Positions 19,691 to 36,490 of a stretch of DNA of 64,000 nt are shown piece by piece (within the stretch, counting starts at the first letter, position 1; every line of letters begins with the position of its first letter). The notes below the pieces were generated by a model, which saw only the letters and a program-made list of their open reading frames with translations, had not been told where the DNA came from and did no database searches. This DNA is from the human T2T-CHM13v2.0 reference genome, Homo sapiens, in the NCBI RefSeq assembly GCF_009914755.1, contig NC_060947.1. The stretch is one strand, 5' to 3'. The translations under genes and the position numbers were made by a program.

Positions 19691-19801
19691 ACTAAGTCCC
19701 CTTTGATACAATTAGCATACATGGTGAAATTTAGGTGAATTTTTAAAATTTGCTTTCTGTGATCATTACTTTATATAGTATGTAAAACTTGCTTTTTAGG
19801 A

Positions 19802-20105
19802 GGCTGGGCGTGGTGGCTCACACCTGTAATTCCAGAACTTTGGGAGGCTGAGGAGGGTTGATCACTTGAGGCCAGGGGTGTGAGACCAGCCTGGCCAACA
19901 TGATGAAACACCGTCTCTTCAAAAAATACAAAAATTAGCCAGGCGTGGTGGCATGCGCCTGTAGTCCCAGCTACATGGGAAGCTGAGGCAAAGAATCGCT
20001 TGAACCCAGGAGGTGGAGGCTGAAGTGAGCCAAGATGGCGCCACTGCACTCCAGCCTGGGCGACAGAGTGAGACTGTTAAAAACAAAAACAACAACAACA
20101 AAAAA
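19802..20105 (+). mobile_element. Alu
   Basis: Dimeric Alu, AAC-rich tail. Confidence 0.94.
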
Positions 20106-20221
20106 CAAACCCAACTTGTTCTTAGTTTTCTCAGAAAATAAACATACAGACAGAAATATATTTCTTGAATAAAGAATAAAATTAAACCAGATAAGTAATT
20201 TTAAAAGAATTATAATATCTT

Positions 20222-20552
<331 letters not shown>

Positions 20553-21534
20553 CTAGTCCAAAATTAAAACCTTATCTTCAGGCCCCTTGGAAGGATCCAG
20601 CTTCAACTTGAGTGCTTCTAGTGAGAAACTACATAGTCTGTGAGACAGGCTGCTTCATTCATGGAGTAAGTTTAATCATCAAAAAGGTCTTCTTTAGTTA
20701 GAGGTGACGTCTGCCACTTGTTGATTCTAGTTACAGCCTCTGATGCCACACTGAATAAGCATATAGTCTTATATATGACAATCTTTCAAATAACTGTGGA
20801 CATTGATTATGTTCTATCTATGGGCTTCTGCTTTGGGGACTCTTCCAGCAGAATAATGAAACGAATACATTCGTGGATAACCAAAGCCTCCCAGTCTTTT
20901 CAACAGCTCTTCTAGGCCAGTGGTCTTCAACCTAGGATTTGGGTATCTCTGGGAATACCCAAAGTCCTTCCAGGAGACACATGAACTAGGATATTTTTAA
21001 GGCAATCAATTTCCATATCTTCATTTTCCATAATTTTGTCTGTTTGTAAACAAGTCTGTGGTCTGCGGTTTTTCTTTTACATCTCCACAACTACAATCAC
21101 CCATCTCCACATCTCCAGTTACCCATCCAAAAGGCAAACTACTCCTCCAACCCAAAAAGCCTAACTTCAAAGAGATGGCTGGGAAATGCACAGCCCCTGA
21201 GGGAGGGAGAGACCTTTGAAAGCAAAACAAAGAGAGTTTGAGAAAAAAAGGGAGGTTCCACCTTACTTTATCCAGGCAATATATTCATGGTAAGCTGTTT
21301 AAGAATTCAAAATCAATACTAAGATGAGTGTCACAGGGATGTCCATTTAACACTTTAATTTTGTTTGAAAAATGAAGTCAGATTTTTTTTTTCCCTGACA
21401 GAAAATGAGTCTGATTTGGCTGAGTGATTTGACAATAAGGACTAGCATTGCCATGTAGGTCACATAGCAGACATTTTCCATACAGTGAATGAGATAAACA
21501 GGCAATTCTACAGTTGTGTAGAAAATATATTTAA

Positions 21535-21873
<339 letters not shown>

Positions 21874-21941
21874 TCACAATAAAAGTTTTTATATATCAAC
21901 CTAAAAAATATGTGAAGGGGTACATACGTTTTTCAAAATTC

Positions 21942-22369
<428 letters not shown>

Positions 22370-22675
22370 TGAATGGTCCAGGGTGAACGGGAGGAGTATG
22401 ACTTTGTTCTGAATACTATATACTCCTAATTAATGTAGCATAACCTTCCATTCAGCGCTTTTTAAGCTGTTGCAAACAACAACTAAAATGTTTACATCTT
22501 TTTTCACATAATCACAACTAAATTCACACTGATCTTGCACTTACTCATATTTGAATGAAGGAGTTAACATTAACTGGTCTTAAATTTCACCTTCTTTGTT
22601 TCAGCTCCTTTGCTACAAACTTGTAAAAATATTTTTGAATTTTGATGTAGACAGCCAATATGTTAGCTAGCCCTT

Positions 22676-23248
22676 TGTAGGGGGCAACTTGTGAAATGCC
22701 TCCCAGTGATCCTCACCTCCTGATATTCAGGCCCTGGTATAATCCCATCCCCCTTGTGTATAGGCTGGATCTAGTGACTCATTTCTAACTGCAGAAGTGA
22801 TGGTGTGTAATTTTGGAGATTAGGTTACGAGACTGTGACTTCTGTCTTGCTCATACTCTCACTTGTCCTCTTGCTTGCTCTGATGAAGCCAGCTGCCATG
22901 CTGGAAGCTGCTCTATGGAGAGGCCCAACGGACAAGGAACCAAGGGAGGCTTGGGCCAACAGCTCTTAAGGAATTGTGGCTCTCAGTCCAGTAGCCTGTG
23001 AGGAAGGTAAGACTGCCAACAATCATGTGAGTGAGCTTGGAAGCAGATCCACATTGTAGTGGAGCCTCAAAATGACTTCAGCTCTGGCCAACAGCTTTAT
23101 TATCACCTTGTGAGAGACCCAGAGCCAGAGGACCCTGCTAAGTTGGAACACACATTCCTGATGCACAGAGACTAAGATAATAAATGTATGTTGTTTTAAG
23201 CCATTACATTTTGGGGCATTTTGTTATGAAGCAATAGGTAATGAATAT
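22676..23248 (+). mobile_element. MLT1F-like MaLR LTR
   Basis: cccagtgatcctcacctcctg start, gctgccatg, terminal ttttaagcca...ttttgttatgaagcaatag. Confidence 0.8.
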
Positions 23249-23330
23249 AACCTCTGACCTTGGTATCTTTTGAATATTTAGCAAGTATATCTTCTGTTTT
23301 TTTTCCTAATCAAAGTCACTGATTACAACC

Positions 23331-23473
23331 TTTTTTTTTTTTTTTTAGAAAAAAATAGAGATAGGTTTTGGTATGTTTCCCAGGCTGGTCTCGAACTCCT
23401 GGCCTCAATCAATCCTCCCTGCTTCAGACTCTCAAAGCACTGAGATTACAGGCATGAGTCACCACTCCCGGCC
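23331..23473 (-). mobile_element. FLAM / Alu monomer
   Basis: Single monomer; TSD tgattacaa. Confidence 0.88.
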
Positions 23474-24115
23474 TGATTACAATTTTGAACAGAATAGGAT
23501 CAAAGATAAAACCCTGTAGGATGCTGTCCTATAAAGCTTTATATAATCTCTTTGGACACAATCATCCGACCAGAGCTGGATGACCCAGTTGTACTATCCT
23601 TAGCTCACAATTCTCCATCTTACCAACAAAAAGTCTGCGACAGACATATCAAGTGACTTATTGAAATCAAGATACACTGTGATCTATAAAATTGCCCTTA
23701 TATGCCATATGGTGATTATATCAAAAGAGGAACTAAGTCTGTCGTTACTTGTTTTTAGTTGCCAAGAGTCTTGCTACATGGATGCCTCCACTTTCATCCT
23801 ACTCTTCTTCACTAAGACTTCTACTGGTCAGAAGTTTATAGTTTGGGGTCCTCCTATTCCTCTGAACTCAATTTCCTTTTGGAGTCTCTTCTCTGAAGCA
23901 TGCTGAAAGCATGAAGAGTAACTGAATATGCCCAGCTTTTGCTTCCTTTGCCACTGTAAACCTTATGATGACATAATCCTTTTTTCTTGTGACTTTAGGT
24001 CTTTCTGAACAGATAAGTTCACAACTACTGCTAAATTTCAAGAGAAAAGTGTTAGCATTATCCAACACCAACATTGCTTCAAGTTTTACCCTTTAAGAAT
24101 TAAAATACACACTCA

Positions 24116-24247
<132 letters not shown>

Positions 24248-24812
24248 TCATTAGGTAGGAACAAAAGACAATTAGAGTGAATGATGAATGAATGGATGTG
24301 ATCTATGGTAACATGGATACTTCTCTAACTAGAGAGATGAAATCCCCCATTTAAACTTAGCTTAACTTTTTACCCTTTAAAATCTTTGACTATAGCTTTT
24401 CATATTTTTTGCAAGCTTAAATCTATATACAGTATAGAGTGAGCTTTTAATAAAAAAAGTACACATTTCTTAATACTTTCCCCAAAAGCAAAAAAAAAAA
24501 AAAAAACAAACCACAAATACTTTCCCCAACTCTTCTAATAAAATCTTAGCCTCCAAATTTGTAACTCTTCCTTGATCTGCTAATAAACTAATAACTCAAT
24601 TTACTGTTTTGATTTTTACCTCTTTTTCTTAGTTTTCCCTAAATAAAATAAAAATATGTTGTCTATTCTTTAGCCTAAAATCTAGCATTTATAGACCTAT
24701 CAGGGAAGTTATACGGAATAGGGAACAAAAAATAGTATGGTTTAAACAGAAAAGGCACTATTCCTAGAGTCAAAGTCAGAATTTTTAAAATATCATTTAT
24801 AAAATGTGCTGG

Positions 24813-25142
<330 letters not shown>

Positions 25143-25799
25143 CTACCTCACAATGTTACTTTGAAGAACAAATCCAAATAATGTATGTAGGACTACTGTG
25201 TAAACTCTATAATACTATTTGGAAAACAAAGTTGTTAATATCATCATCATCATCATACAAAACAGTTTGGGCATGGAAATCGCTTGCCATGTCTACATGG
25301 AATAGAATAATGAAAGCCATCCAGTGCTAATAGCACTGGGGCTTTACCCGTTTGCTGATGACTTAAAATCCAATGTGACATTTTTATATTAGAAAGTCGA
25401 AGGGAGACAGGTAAGGAAGAACCAAGGCTAAGGATGTACTGCAGAAAGTAAAATAGATAATATTATCTCCTTTCTGATTTATTAATTCAACTTAGTCTTG
25501 TCAACAGAGCAATGATCGTAGATGGAACCTTAGAAGATTGACTTACATAAGGGTAGAATGAGAAAAAGAAGTCAGAAAATTTGACAAAAGAGAAGCCACA
25601 AGGAAAGGAAGAATCAATAATATTAAGAAAATCAAGAGAGTAGAGGAAATTAAGTTGTAAATAGCTGGAGAAGGCTGAAAGCTGAGAAAAGACCACAAGA
25701 TTCAGCCAGAAAAGGTAATGAGAATCCTGAGCAAGATCAACTTTTGGGGAGGAGTCAGGGTTGAGGTCAGTATGCCAGAGACAATTATGTAATAATCAG

Positions 25800-26010
25800 T
25801 TAAAATTATCACACCTCTCATTGGGCTAAGTACTTAATATAGTCACTGTCACTTGATGTCCCAACCACACTGTGAGGTAGGTATTTTACAGATGGAGAAA
25901 CTGAGGCTTAGAAACGTGTTCAAGATCACACAGCTATCATGAGGGTAGGTTTTGAACCCTGGCCTGCCCAATTCCAAAGTCAGCAGTCCTTCCAATAATG
26001 CCATGCTGGG
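25800..26010 (-). mobile_element. MIR
   Basis: attttacagatggagaaactgaggcttaga core. Confidence 0.7.
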
Positions 26011-26863
26011 TTTGAACACGATCATATTAGAAGAATCTGGCAGTAGGAAAGAAATAGCGGGGTCAAGAGAAGGTTTTACTTGTTTGTTTTTTTAAAGGAA
26101 GCACTCTGTGTGTTTGTAAGTGGCAGTGAGGAAAAGCCTACAGGATCTGGAGTCAGAAAATATGGTGCTGGTCCTGCCTTTGTCCTACCATCTGCAAGCT
26201 GACTGCTAACTTCTACAAATGACTTTCTTAGAGTCAATGAAATGGGGCAGTGACAAGTGATGTGGTACCTGCAGAGTCTACCAAATCAGTTGGAGAGGGC
26301 AGTGTTAAGATTCTAATGAGAAGCTGGATGTTTGGAGCCCAGCATGGCAGGGCTGGGGGCTCAGTGTTTACTGCAAAGGAAGAGATCAGAGGCACAGGAA
26401 AGATGCCTCCATCTCCAAAAGTAGTTAGGAAGGCCCCGCAGGAGGGGAGGATGTGAAGCAGCTGTGGGGTTTGTGCTGGGAAGTCATAACCATGAGGAAA
26501 GCTTTTAACAAGTGTGCTGGAGGGCCAGGCTGAGCCAGACAACATCAATCACATGCCTGCACAGATTTTTCCTCTCCAGGAGTGTTCTGCCTTCTAATTC
26601 TAGGAAAAGCTTAAAATTTTTATTACTCATTTTTATGTTTATCTCTAGCTTCCCATTTTTATTAGAACTCACCCTTTCATATCTTCTGTTTTCGACTTAA
26701 GTTTTTCTCTTTCCATTCCTCTCTATTCTAATCAAAAGCCTGATTTTAACTCTATCCTGTGACACAGGAGTCATGAAGTAAACAGATTTGGTGTTTGCCA
26801 CAATTAAAACTGATATTTTCTCTTTATTTTCAGCTTATTTTCTATTTTGCCTCTTTCATGTAA

Positions 26864-27417
<554 letters not shown>

Positions 27418-28078
27418 TGAGCCTCACATTTTGATTTGGTAAATGGCTGAACAAGTCCTTGGTCTAGTCTCTTATCACCTACCCACTCTCAAAATAAAGG
27501 CAGAATTGCTGGGGGGCCAGCCTTCAAAGCAATTTAAATGTCACCGGATCTGACATTTCAGAACTAAAGTCAGAACACTGATTTGACTTGATTTGCTAGT
27601 ATGAAACTAGCAACATAAAAATATATTTCAAATGATAAGGGCAATGATCTAGAAAAATTGTGGTCATGTTTTCCTGAATTCAAGTATAAATTAAATAGCT
27701 CAAATAGCACAATTAAAAACACAAATATATCCATTCCAACTATAGATTCCACGAATATTAAACTCAAAATGTTTGTTTCTAAATATGAATGTGAATTAAA
27801 GATATATGTATTAAGTGCTATTAAGTCCACGCTGATATAGCAAACTAAAAACACTATTTGCCTACAAATCAACTCTAGAGGCAAAGTAGGAAGGAATTTG
27901 AAAGCAGGTGATGAAAATATGATTTAAAGTGGTGATTATCTGACTGCTTACAGATGTTAGCACAAAATGTACCTGGGAATGACATGACCCAGGGTTACCA
28001 TCTCTATTTTGAAGTATTGTTTTGTTTACAGACTAGTAACTGGTACCTCTCTTCACTCTCCTTTGTACTTTCTTTTTT

Positions 28079-28750
<672 letters not shown>

Positions 28751-29227
28751 TGTACTTTCTTTTTTGTAATTTCTCAGGAAATTTTAAAAATATTTTAAAC
28801 TAATCTATTTCTGTGTTTAGTGTCCTTACATTTAACTATATGCCTATATTTATTTTATCAATTTATTTCCCTTTAAAAGGGGAACTAGTAATACAGGTAG
28901 CAATATTTAATTTTCTAACCCAAATTAGAAACTTAAATGAAATCAACCTGCCATATGGCATTAGAATGACTATTATTTTCCTAAAAAGTTTGGGCTCTCC
29001 AACAATAGTAAAGCAAGTATCCCACCAGGGTCTGCCTATCAGACTGGTCAAGTAAGGGAAAGTTAGGGAAGCTGGTTCAAGTGGTCTGTTTTAAAAATGA
29101 TTTTCCTGTAAAGTATTATTTTACTACTATTTTTCTTGAAGAACTAGGAGAACTTTTCATTCTATCTGTATCTGAACTTAAAAGATCTAAATTTAAGATT
29201 TCGTTTGCTCGAGAGCATTCAATAAGG

Positions 29228-29528
29228 ATTTTTTTTTTTTTTTTTTTGAGCTAGGGTCTCATTCTGTTGCTCAGGCTGGAGTGCAGTGGTGTGATCATAG
29301 CTCACTGTAACCTTGAACTCCTGGGCTCAAGGGATGCTCCCACCTCAGCCTCCTGAGCAGCTGGGCTACAGGCACGTGCCACCATGCCCAGCTAATTTTT
29401 AAATAGTTTATAGAGACAGAGTCTCGCTATGTTGCCCGGGTTGATCTCGAATTCCTGGCCTCAATCAATCTTCCTGCCTTGGACTTCCAAAGTGTTAGGA
29501 TTACAGGTGTGAGCCACTGCACCTAGCT
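29228..29528 (-). mobile_element. Alu (J-like)
   Basis: TSD caataaRgatttt. Confidence 0.93.
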
Positions 29529-29546
29529 CAATAAAGATTTTGATCA

Positions 29547-29858
29547 ACACCATCCAATTTAAGTATAATGTAAGCCATGCATATAATTTTAAATTTTCCA
29601 GTAGCCACATTAAAAAAGTAAAAAGAAACAGGTAAAATTCATTTTGATAACATATTTTATCCAATTCAATGTATACAAAGTATTATTTCAACATATAATC
29701 ATACTAAAATTAATAAAATAAGTTACTTTTTTTGTACTATTATCTCTGAGATCTAGCATGTATTTTTACACTTATAGCAAATCTCAATTTGGTCTGGCCA
29801 CATTTTAAGTGCTCAATAACTGCATGTGGCTAGTGTCTACCAAATTGGAATGGTGCCA
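29547..29858. mobile_element. MER33 (hAT-Charlie MITE)
   Basis: tccagtagccacattaaaaaagtaaaaagaaacagg...gtggctagtgtctaccaaattgga. Confidence 0.8.
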
Positions 29859-30189
29859 CTCTAGATAAGTTGACTTGCTTTAATTCTTATCCTCTCCTGA
29901 TTGTGAGTTCTGTAATTCTTACAGATATTTATAATGTCAGTCATTCCAAAAAGAATCTAAATTCAAACAGATGTGTTTTTAAAAAATACTTTCACAGAAG
30001 GAAATCCTATAGCTTCTTTTAATAACCCAAATCCATCATTTAATAACTAAATCTGGAATTTCTTCACTATTGTTAATCTAATGCAAACTCTGAGACTTTA
30101 AAGTGCCCCTCTATAAGTCCTCATTTGTTACTGTAATAACCCTGCATGACATACATGTACATATACACATACATATATATGCACATATA

Positions 30190-30320
30190 TCTCCCCATTT
30201 TACAGAGGTAGAAACTGAGGTCCAGGGCTCAATGATATAAATCACACAGCTAGTAAGTGGAGGAAGCAGGACTAATAACCAAAGCCCTTTGCTCTTTACA
30301 TCACACCACAGTGCCTCCTG
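30190..30320 (-). mobile_element. MIR
   Basis: ccccattttacagaggtagaaactgagg core. Confidence 0.65.
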
Positions 30321-32319
30321 GGTCTGCATAGTTTTTATATATCCTAAGATCCAATCACACAATAGTGCTAATATGGTAATACTGACTTGAATGACAGGCT
30401 ATCAAGACTGTTACAGAACCGGCTTATTTCAGCTGCATTGTAACTAGTGATAGTCAGAAACTAGATACTGCGCTTTTCCTAACAAATATACAAGTATTCT
30501 CATTCATTTCCAAACAATGTCTAGGTTGTGTTAGAAATTCAACAGTTAAACAAAATTCGCTAAGAGCTGACCTGGACTCAAAATCAAAATAAAGAATATT
30601 CTAATCTAGTCATAGAAAGAACTAGGACAAGTACTAATGTGTTCATTTCAATAAATATTAATAACAAAATAAGTAAATGAAAGTCATTATTGACTCAACA
30701 TATTTTTCCTTAGTGTACTGAAATGAATGACCAAATGATACTTTAAGAAAGGAATCCAAGCAGAACCTTGGAAGGATTATAGTAGCAAAGTCAATTTCTG
30801 CTGCTGGGTTCTACCTTTATCTCATAATCAAGTTGAAGAATAAAGATCCCAGCTGCCTTTGGCAACAACACAGGTCAGGTTGGCTTTAATGAGGCTATCT
30901 TCCTCATTGACCTTCAGGAAAGTTGACCTCAGCTAGTGAAGAGTAGAGGCCTAGACAGGCCACCATAGAAATCTGGGTCAACTGCAAACTCATAATTTCT
31001 TTGATTCTTTTTTACATGTTTCACTACTAGCTCTATACATTTTGTTGTCTTTTTTCACACACACAAACAGAAATCCAAGCACCTTCTAATTTCTTTGAAT
31101 TCTTGCCCATTGAAAAAAAATTCCTATGGCCCCAAATATCATCATCAGGTGAATAAAGAAAGGAAGCAGCATACCATTAATTCAGTGTTTGACTGATGTG
31201 AAAATTTTCTTAAATAGGCAAATGTGTATTAATTAGAAATCAATCTTAGCTGCATTAAGCATTTACAAATTAATGGGGTTTTGTTAATATATTTCCCAAA
31301 GAGTTTTCAGTTCTGATAAGTGTAACAAATTTGTATATGACAAAAATAGAAATACAATGCTCTAAGTTTGTCTAAAAGGTGCAATTGCTCTGTTGCTTTT
31401 CATTTTGGGAAATGTAAACCAAAGGGGGGAAGATCAGGGCATTTGACTATTAGAAAAACCAGACACCTATTTCAACATGGTATTCCTTACTTTATACAAG
31501 AAAATTAGAGAAATATCAGTTTATAACTCAATTACTTTTCAATATTAAAGTCTTAAAAATCATACATGTTAGAGCCCGAAGGAACTTTGTGGGATGACAG
31601 AATGCATACATTTGTCAAAACTCACTGAAGTGTACAATTAGATGGGTACATTTTATTGTGCATACACGTTCTTCAATAAAATTTAAAAAGCAAACGAGAA
31701 GTTACTGAAATAAAATGGGAATTCAACTAATATGTCAAAGAAAAAAAATGTTCTTCACATACCTGTGCTTTATACTTTCATAATTGTGTTATCTATAATT
31801 TACTTTCTATATTTATTAACTGATAGCTGAGGAGCTCAACAAGGACACGTTGACAGGATAGATTTCCTTACCACCCATTTCTCCCCCAAATCTTCTTCCA
31901 GGATGGGGCCAGCCCAGGAAATACTGACAGCAGGGCCAAAACTTTTCCCAGAAAGCAATTTGTGGTCTGTTTCAATATGTAAAAAATGAATGAGGTAAAA
32001 ATTCTGTACGGCATAGTGAAATGATTATCTGAGGTTTTTTTTTCTTTTAATAATATGGGTTTCCCCATCCAGCTACAGAATCCTTTTGTCAACAAAGTCT
32101 CATAAAAATAGTATAAAACAAATTTATCGTAAAGAAATAACTACCAATATGTGATACTTATTTGAAAAAGGACCAAGAAAAATGAGTTAATTGTTTTGAT
32201 AAATACTTTGAAATCACAGATACTGACAGCCCTCCTTGATTTTTCCCTGAATAGCTCTTTTGCCATTTCATCAAATTTGGAATGGGCAAAGCATAAGTTT
32301 CCTTAAAAACTGACTTAGA

Positions 32320-32643
32320 GACGAGGCACGGTAGCTCGTGCCTGTAATTCTACTAGCACTTTGGGAGGCTGAGGCAGGTGGATCGCTTCAGCCCAGGAGT
32401 TTGGGACCAGATTGGGCAACATGGTGAAACCCTGTTCCTACAAAAAATACAAAAATTAGCTGGGTGCGGTGACGTGTGCCTGTAGTCCCAGCTACTCAGG
32501 AGGCTGGGGTGGGAGGATCACCTGAGCCCGAGAGGTGGAGGTTGCAGTCAGCCAAGATCATGCCACTGCACTCCAGCCTGGGAGACAGAGTGAGATCCTG
32601 TCTAAAAATAAACAAATAAATAAATAAAAATAAAAAATAAAAT
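32320..32643 (+). mobile_element. Alu (J-like)
   Basis: TSD aaaactgacttaga. Confidence 0.93.
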
Positions 32644-32894
32644 AAAACTGACTTAGAAGCAAAGGCATCTAGTATCTGATTCACACACAGTTGAGTGTAA
32701 CTGCAGCAAGGCAGGATGCTCAGAGCCAGTGAAAACAAACAGATGGAAGGAAGGCGGGGCCTTAACTCCTCTTCACTTAGGAATCATTTGTCATTTAGCA
32801 TTGATGACACAATATTATGGGAAAGAAATACAGTAAATACCTTATTTAAGTCATTCTAGATAATGGTTTATTTCATATAAGTGACTTTTCTGGA

Positions 32895-33026
32895 CAGGGT
32901 ACCAACCTGTCCTGGTTTGCCTGGAACTTTCTCAGTTGTGGCACCGAGGATCTTTCCAGGTTGAAAGTCCTGGGTTCTGAGAACCCACCCTCATTCCCAG
33001 GCAAACCAAGATGACTGGTCACCCTA
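32895..33026. mobile_element. MER81 (hAT-Blackjack MITE)
   Basis: Terminal inverted repeats cagggtaccaacc...ggtcacccta, internal ggtttgcctgg/ccaggcaaacc. About 17 bp longer than the recalled consensus. Confidence 0.8.
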
Positions 33027-33079
33027 CTTCCACAGATCTGGCATCTATCCTTTTAAGCACTAACACATTCTGCTGGCAG

Positions 33080-33280
33080 GCAGTTATGATATAATAGATA
33101 GGGCAATAGACTTGTAGTCAAAAGACCTGTCTTTCCTGTCTTCATCACTTAGTAGCTGCATAACCTTAGAACATCTGTTTCCTCATTTGTAAAATAGAAA
33201 GAGTAAGATAACAACTCCTATACAGGGTTGTAGTTAGGCCTGGATGATTAATAAAGTATGTGAGAGTGCACATGCACAAT
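33080..33280 (+). mobile_element. MIR
   Basis: tctgtttcctcatttgtaaaat core. Confidence 0.6.
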
Positions 33281-33599
33281 AAGTTTTGTTTTCTTTTCCT
33301 TTCATCATTTTTGGTGGAAATCATTCTATGTTTAACAAATGTCAATCAAACCGAGTTTGACACCAAGAAGGCAGCAATGTGAACATCTATTAGTAAACCA
33401 CACTGCTATATATAGTGTAGTTCTATGCCTACTTTAACTTTGCAGTTTTTCATCTACAGTTTTTTGGGAAATCACATATTTCGTAAAAAACCTCAAGATG
33501 ACCATAGGGTTATTTGGGAAAAAAACTAGACACACTCAAAATGTTTAATAATAAGGACACTAGTTAAGAAAAGTAAAACAGAACCCATGTAGCTGTATG

Positions 33600-34420
33600 T
33601 GTGTGGCCTACTGATTACCAAAATTATTAATCTTCCAGACAGCCCTTGGAGTCATCTTCACACCATCTACCACTTCTCCTCTACTTCCTATATGCAGCTG
33701 CCAAAACCTGTCCATTCTATTTCTGCAACACCTGTCAAAACTATCTTTCCCTTACTGCGGTTACCCTAGTTTCAGCCCTCAACAATTCTTGACTGGATCA
33801 CAGCAAAGATCTTTAAATGGGTTTCTTTGCCTCTAGTTTCTTCTCTTTAGACTCATTAAAGTGTCATCATAGTTTTACTCTAAAACAGATATTATATTAT
33901 TCCAAAACCTTCACTGAGCTCCATTCCATACAGCAAGACATTATAATCCCTAAGCATGGCTTTGAAAGCCTTCCAAAAAATCTTTTAAGTCCAACAACTT
34001 AACTAGGGTTCACAGACCTATTTAACAGTATAACTGGAAATAGAAGCTAGCTCTCCGGCTTCTTAGTCAAACAATTTAGCTCTTGTTTTTTTTTTTTGAA
34101 GTCACACATTTATACATTCCTTTCCAGTAGCTTCTTCCTTCAGCCTCCCTGACCCCAATCCTGAACCACCCGCAGCTTGTGCACCGGCCCCCTGCTCTCT
34201 GTCCCCTGACAAATGTTGTTCCCTCTGTATGATACTCCACGTGCTTCCTTCTCTGCCTGGTAAACCCCTACTTGTTCATCAAGATCCCACTTAGACGTTG
34301 CCTCAAAGTTCTCTTTAACAATCTCCCAAGCTGAGGGAGGCATACCCTGCTGCAATCTAGCAACCGCCTCCATAGATGCCTCAAGATCTTGGCATTTACC
34401 AAATCATTCCACTGCTGGTG
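33600..34420 (+). mobile_element. L2 LINE relic
   Basis: cttggagtcatcttc, cctgtccattctattt, ccttctctgcctgg, catcaagatcccactta motifs. Confidence 0.55.
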
Positions 34421-34539
34421 ATTTCCATTCCTGCCAATCCTGCTAGAAGGCAACATCAAGCATACAGGACCCATTTACCCAACTTAGACTCAACATCTAT
34501 TATACATCTCCTGTCTCACATCAAAGTGTATGTATCACT

Positions 34540-34735
34540 GAATCAGAGAATGTTAGAAACAGAAGTGACAGCAAGACAGTCATCATCACATGCTCCTCTC
34601 TATCCTCAAATTTTACTCAGAAGGAAAATGAGGCCCTAGTAAGACATGCCCGAAGTCACACAGATATTTCATAGCAGAACTGGAAGATGAACCCAGGTCT
34701 CAGATTCCCAATCTAGCAATCTTTCTGTTACCCCA
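34540..34735 (-). mobile_element. MIR3/MIR
   Basis: aatcagagaatgttagaa...aaggaaaatgaggccc...aagtcacacag. Confidence 0.55.
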
Positions 34736-35436
34736 TAGGCTGTGTGGAAGAGGATACTAAAAATGCCAAAACTTCAAGGAAATCTACTCCAGGTGGCATA
34801 TCACAATGATTAAAGACTTCTCAGAGAATGACCAAGAAATGCCATCTACTTGCAGATAACTGGGTATGAATGTTAAAATGGAAAACTTCAAGGTACTACT
34901 ACTACTGAATGCACTTGTTTTAAACAAAAGTAATATATGCCTAACTTTTTATGTCACTGGATGGTTTATATACTATATTATTTAATATTATAAATTACAC
35001 GTCCCCAAAAAAGTTTCACTTGGAAAGAATATTTAAGATTGTAAGTTTTAACAATTTCTTAAATCCATTTATGTATGTGGATATTGTCTTTGGTTAATTA
35101 TTCAGGGGTAATTTTATTAGGTTAAATGATCACAATTCCAAAAGCAGCATGTTTATGCAAAGAGCCTATCTAATTTTCTTCCACTAGAGGGAACTAAAGA
35201 TCATATTATAGCTAGCTGGGCACCCAGCGTTTCACCAAGGTCTCTGGCTTTAGACAATATTATTGGTCTCAATAATAAAATACAAAGATGAGATGATTAT
35301 TTGCCTTTAATGTGTCTAACAACAATAACCATCAGCTAACATTTACTGAGTACTTACTATGAGTCAGGCTCTATTTTAGATGTGTTGACCCATTTAACCT
35401 CGCAATAATTCTAAGGGGCAGATGATGCTCATGTTA

Positions 35437-35787
<351 letters not shown>

Positions 35788-35865
35788 AGAACTAACAAGC
35801 TGCAAAGCAAAGATTGGAACCCAGGTAGAACCAATAAGCTGCAAAGCAAAGACTGGAACCTAGGT
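35788..35865. repeat. 39-bp tandem duplication
   Basis: agaacYaaYaagctgcaaagcaaagaYtggaaccYaggt x2. Confidence 0.93.
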
Positions 35866-36196
35866 AGTCTGGCCCCAGAACCTATGCTCTTAATAACTCT
35901 GCTATATTGCTTCTTAGGTCTACAATGACTCAATTCTGAAGATGAACTTTATAGGTTAGCTATTTCTCTGAATTAATTCTAAAAATGGAAATACAAAGTC
36001 TTGATTAAAATAAAGCTCAATCAAGCAAATTTCCGTAATAAAATCATACCTTTCAAAAAAATCTTAGGTTTCAATTTCAATTCAATTTTCAATTTCAATT
36101 CAGTTTTCAATCTTAGTCCTTTCAATTTAAGTCACTTGATTATATTTGTGTAAAACTAGTTTTCTATTAAGACAGAATCATTAAAAACACAATGAC

Positions 36197-36490
36197 AGCC
36201 AGGTGCAGTGGCTCACGCCTGTAATCCCAGCACTTTGGGAGGCTGAGGTGGGCAGATCACTTGAGGCCAGGAGTTCAAAACCACCCTGGCCAACATGGTA
36301 AAACCCTGTCTCTACTAAAAGTATAAAAATTAGCTGGGTGTGGTGGCGTGCGCCTGTAATCCCAGCTACTCAGGAGGCTGAGGCAGGGGACTCGCTTGAA
36401 CCCGGGAGGCAGTGAGCCGGTTGCAGTGAGCTGAGATCACACCACTGCACTCCAGCCTGGGAGACAGAGCAAGACTCTGTCTCAGAAAAA
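36197..36490 (+). mobile_element. Alu (S-like)
   Basis: Dimeric Alu; TSD acaatgac. Confidence 0.94.

Noticed and set aside
26234-26548. Overlapping 104-aa and 68-aa ORFs in a GC-richer patch
   Set aside because: No homology I recognise and no convincing splice structure; probably an old repeat or chance.
36069-36130. (TTTCAA)n-like degenerate repeat
   Set aside because: Simple low-complexity run; not a repeat-spacer array.
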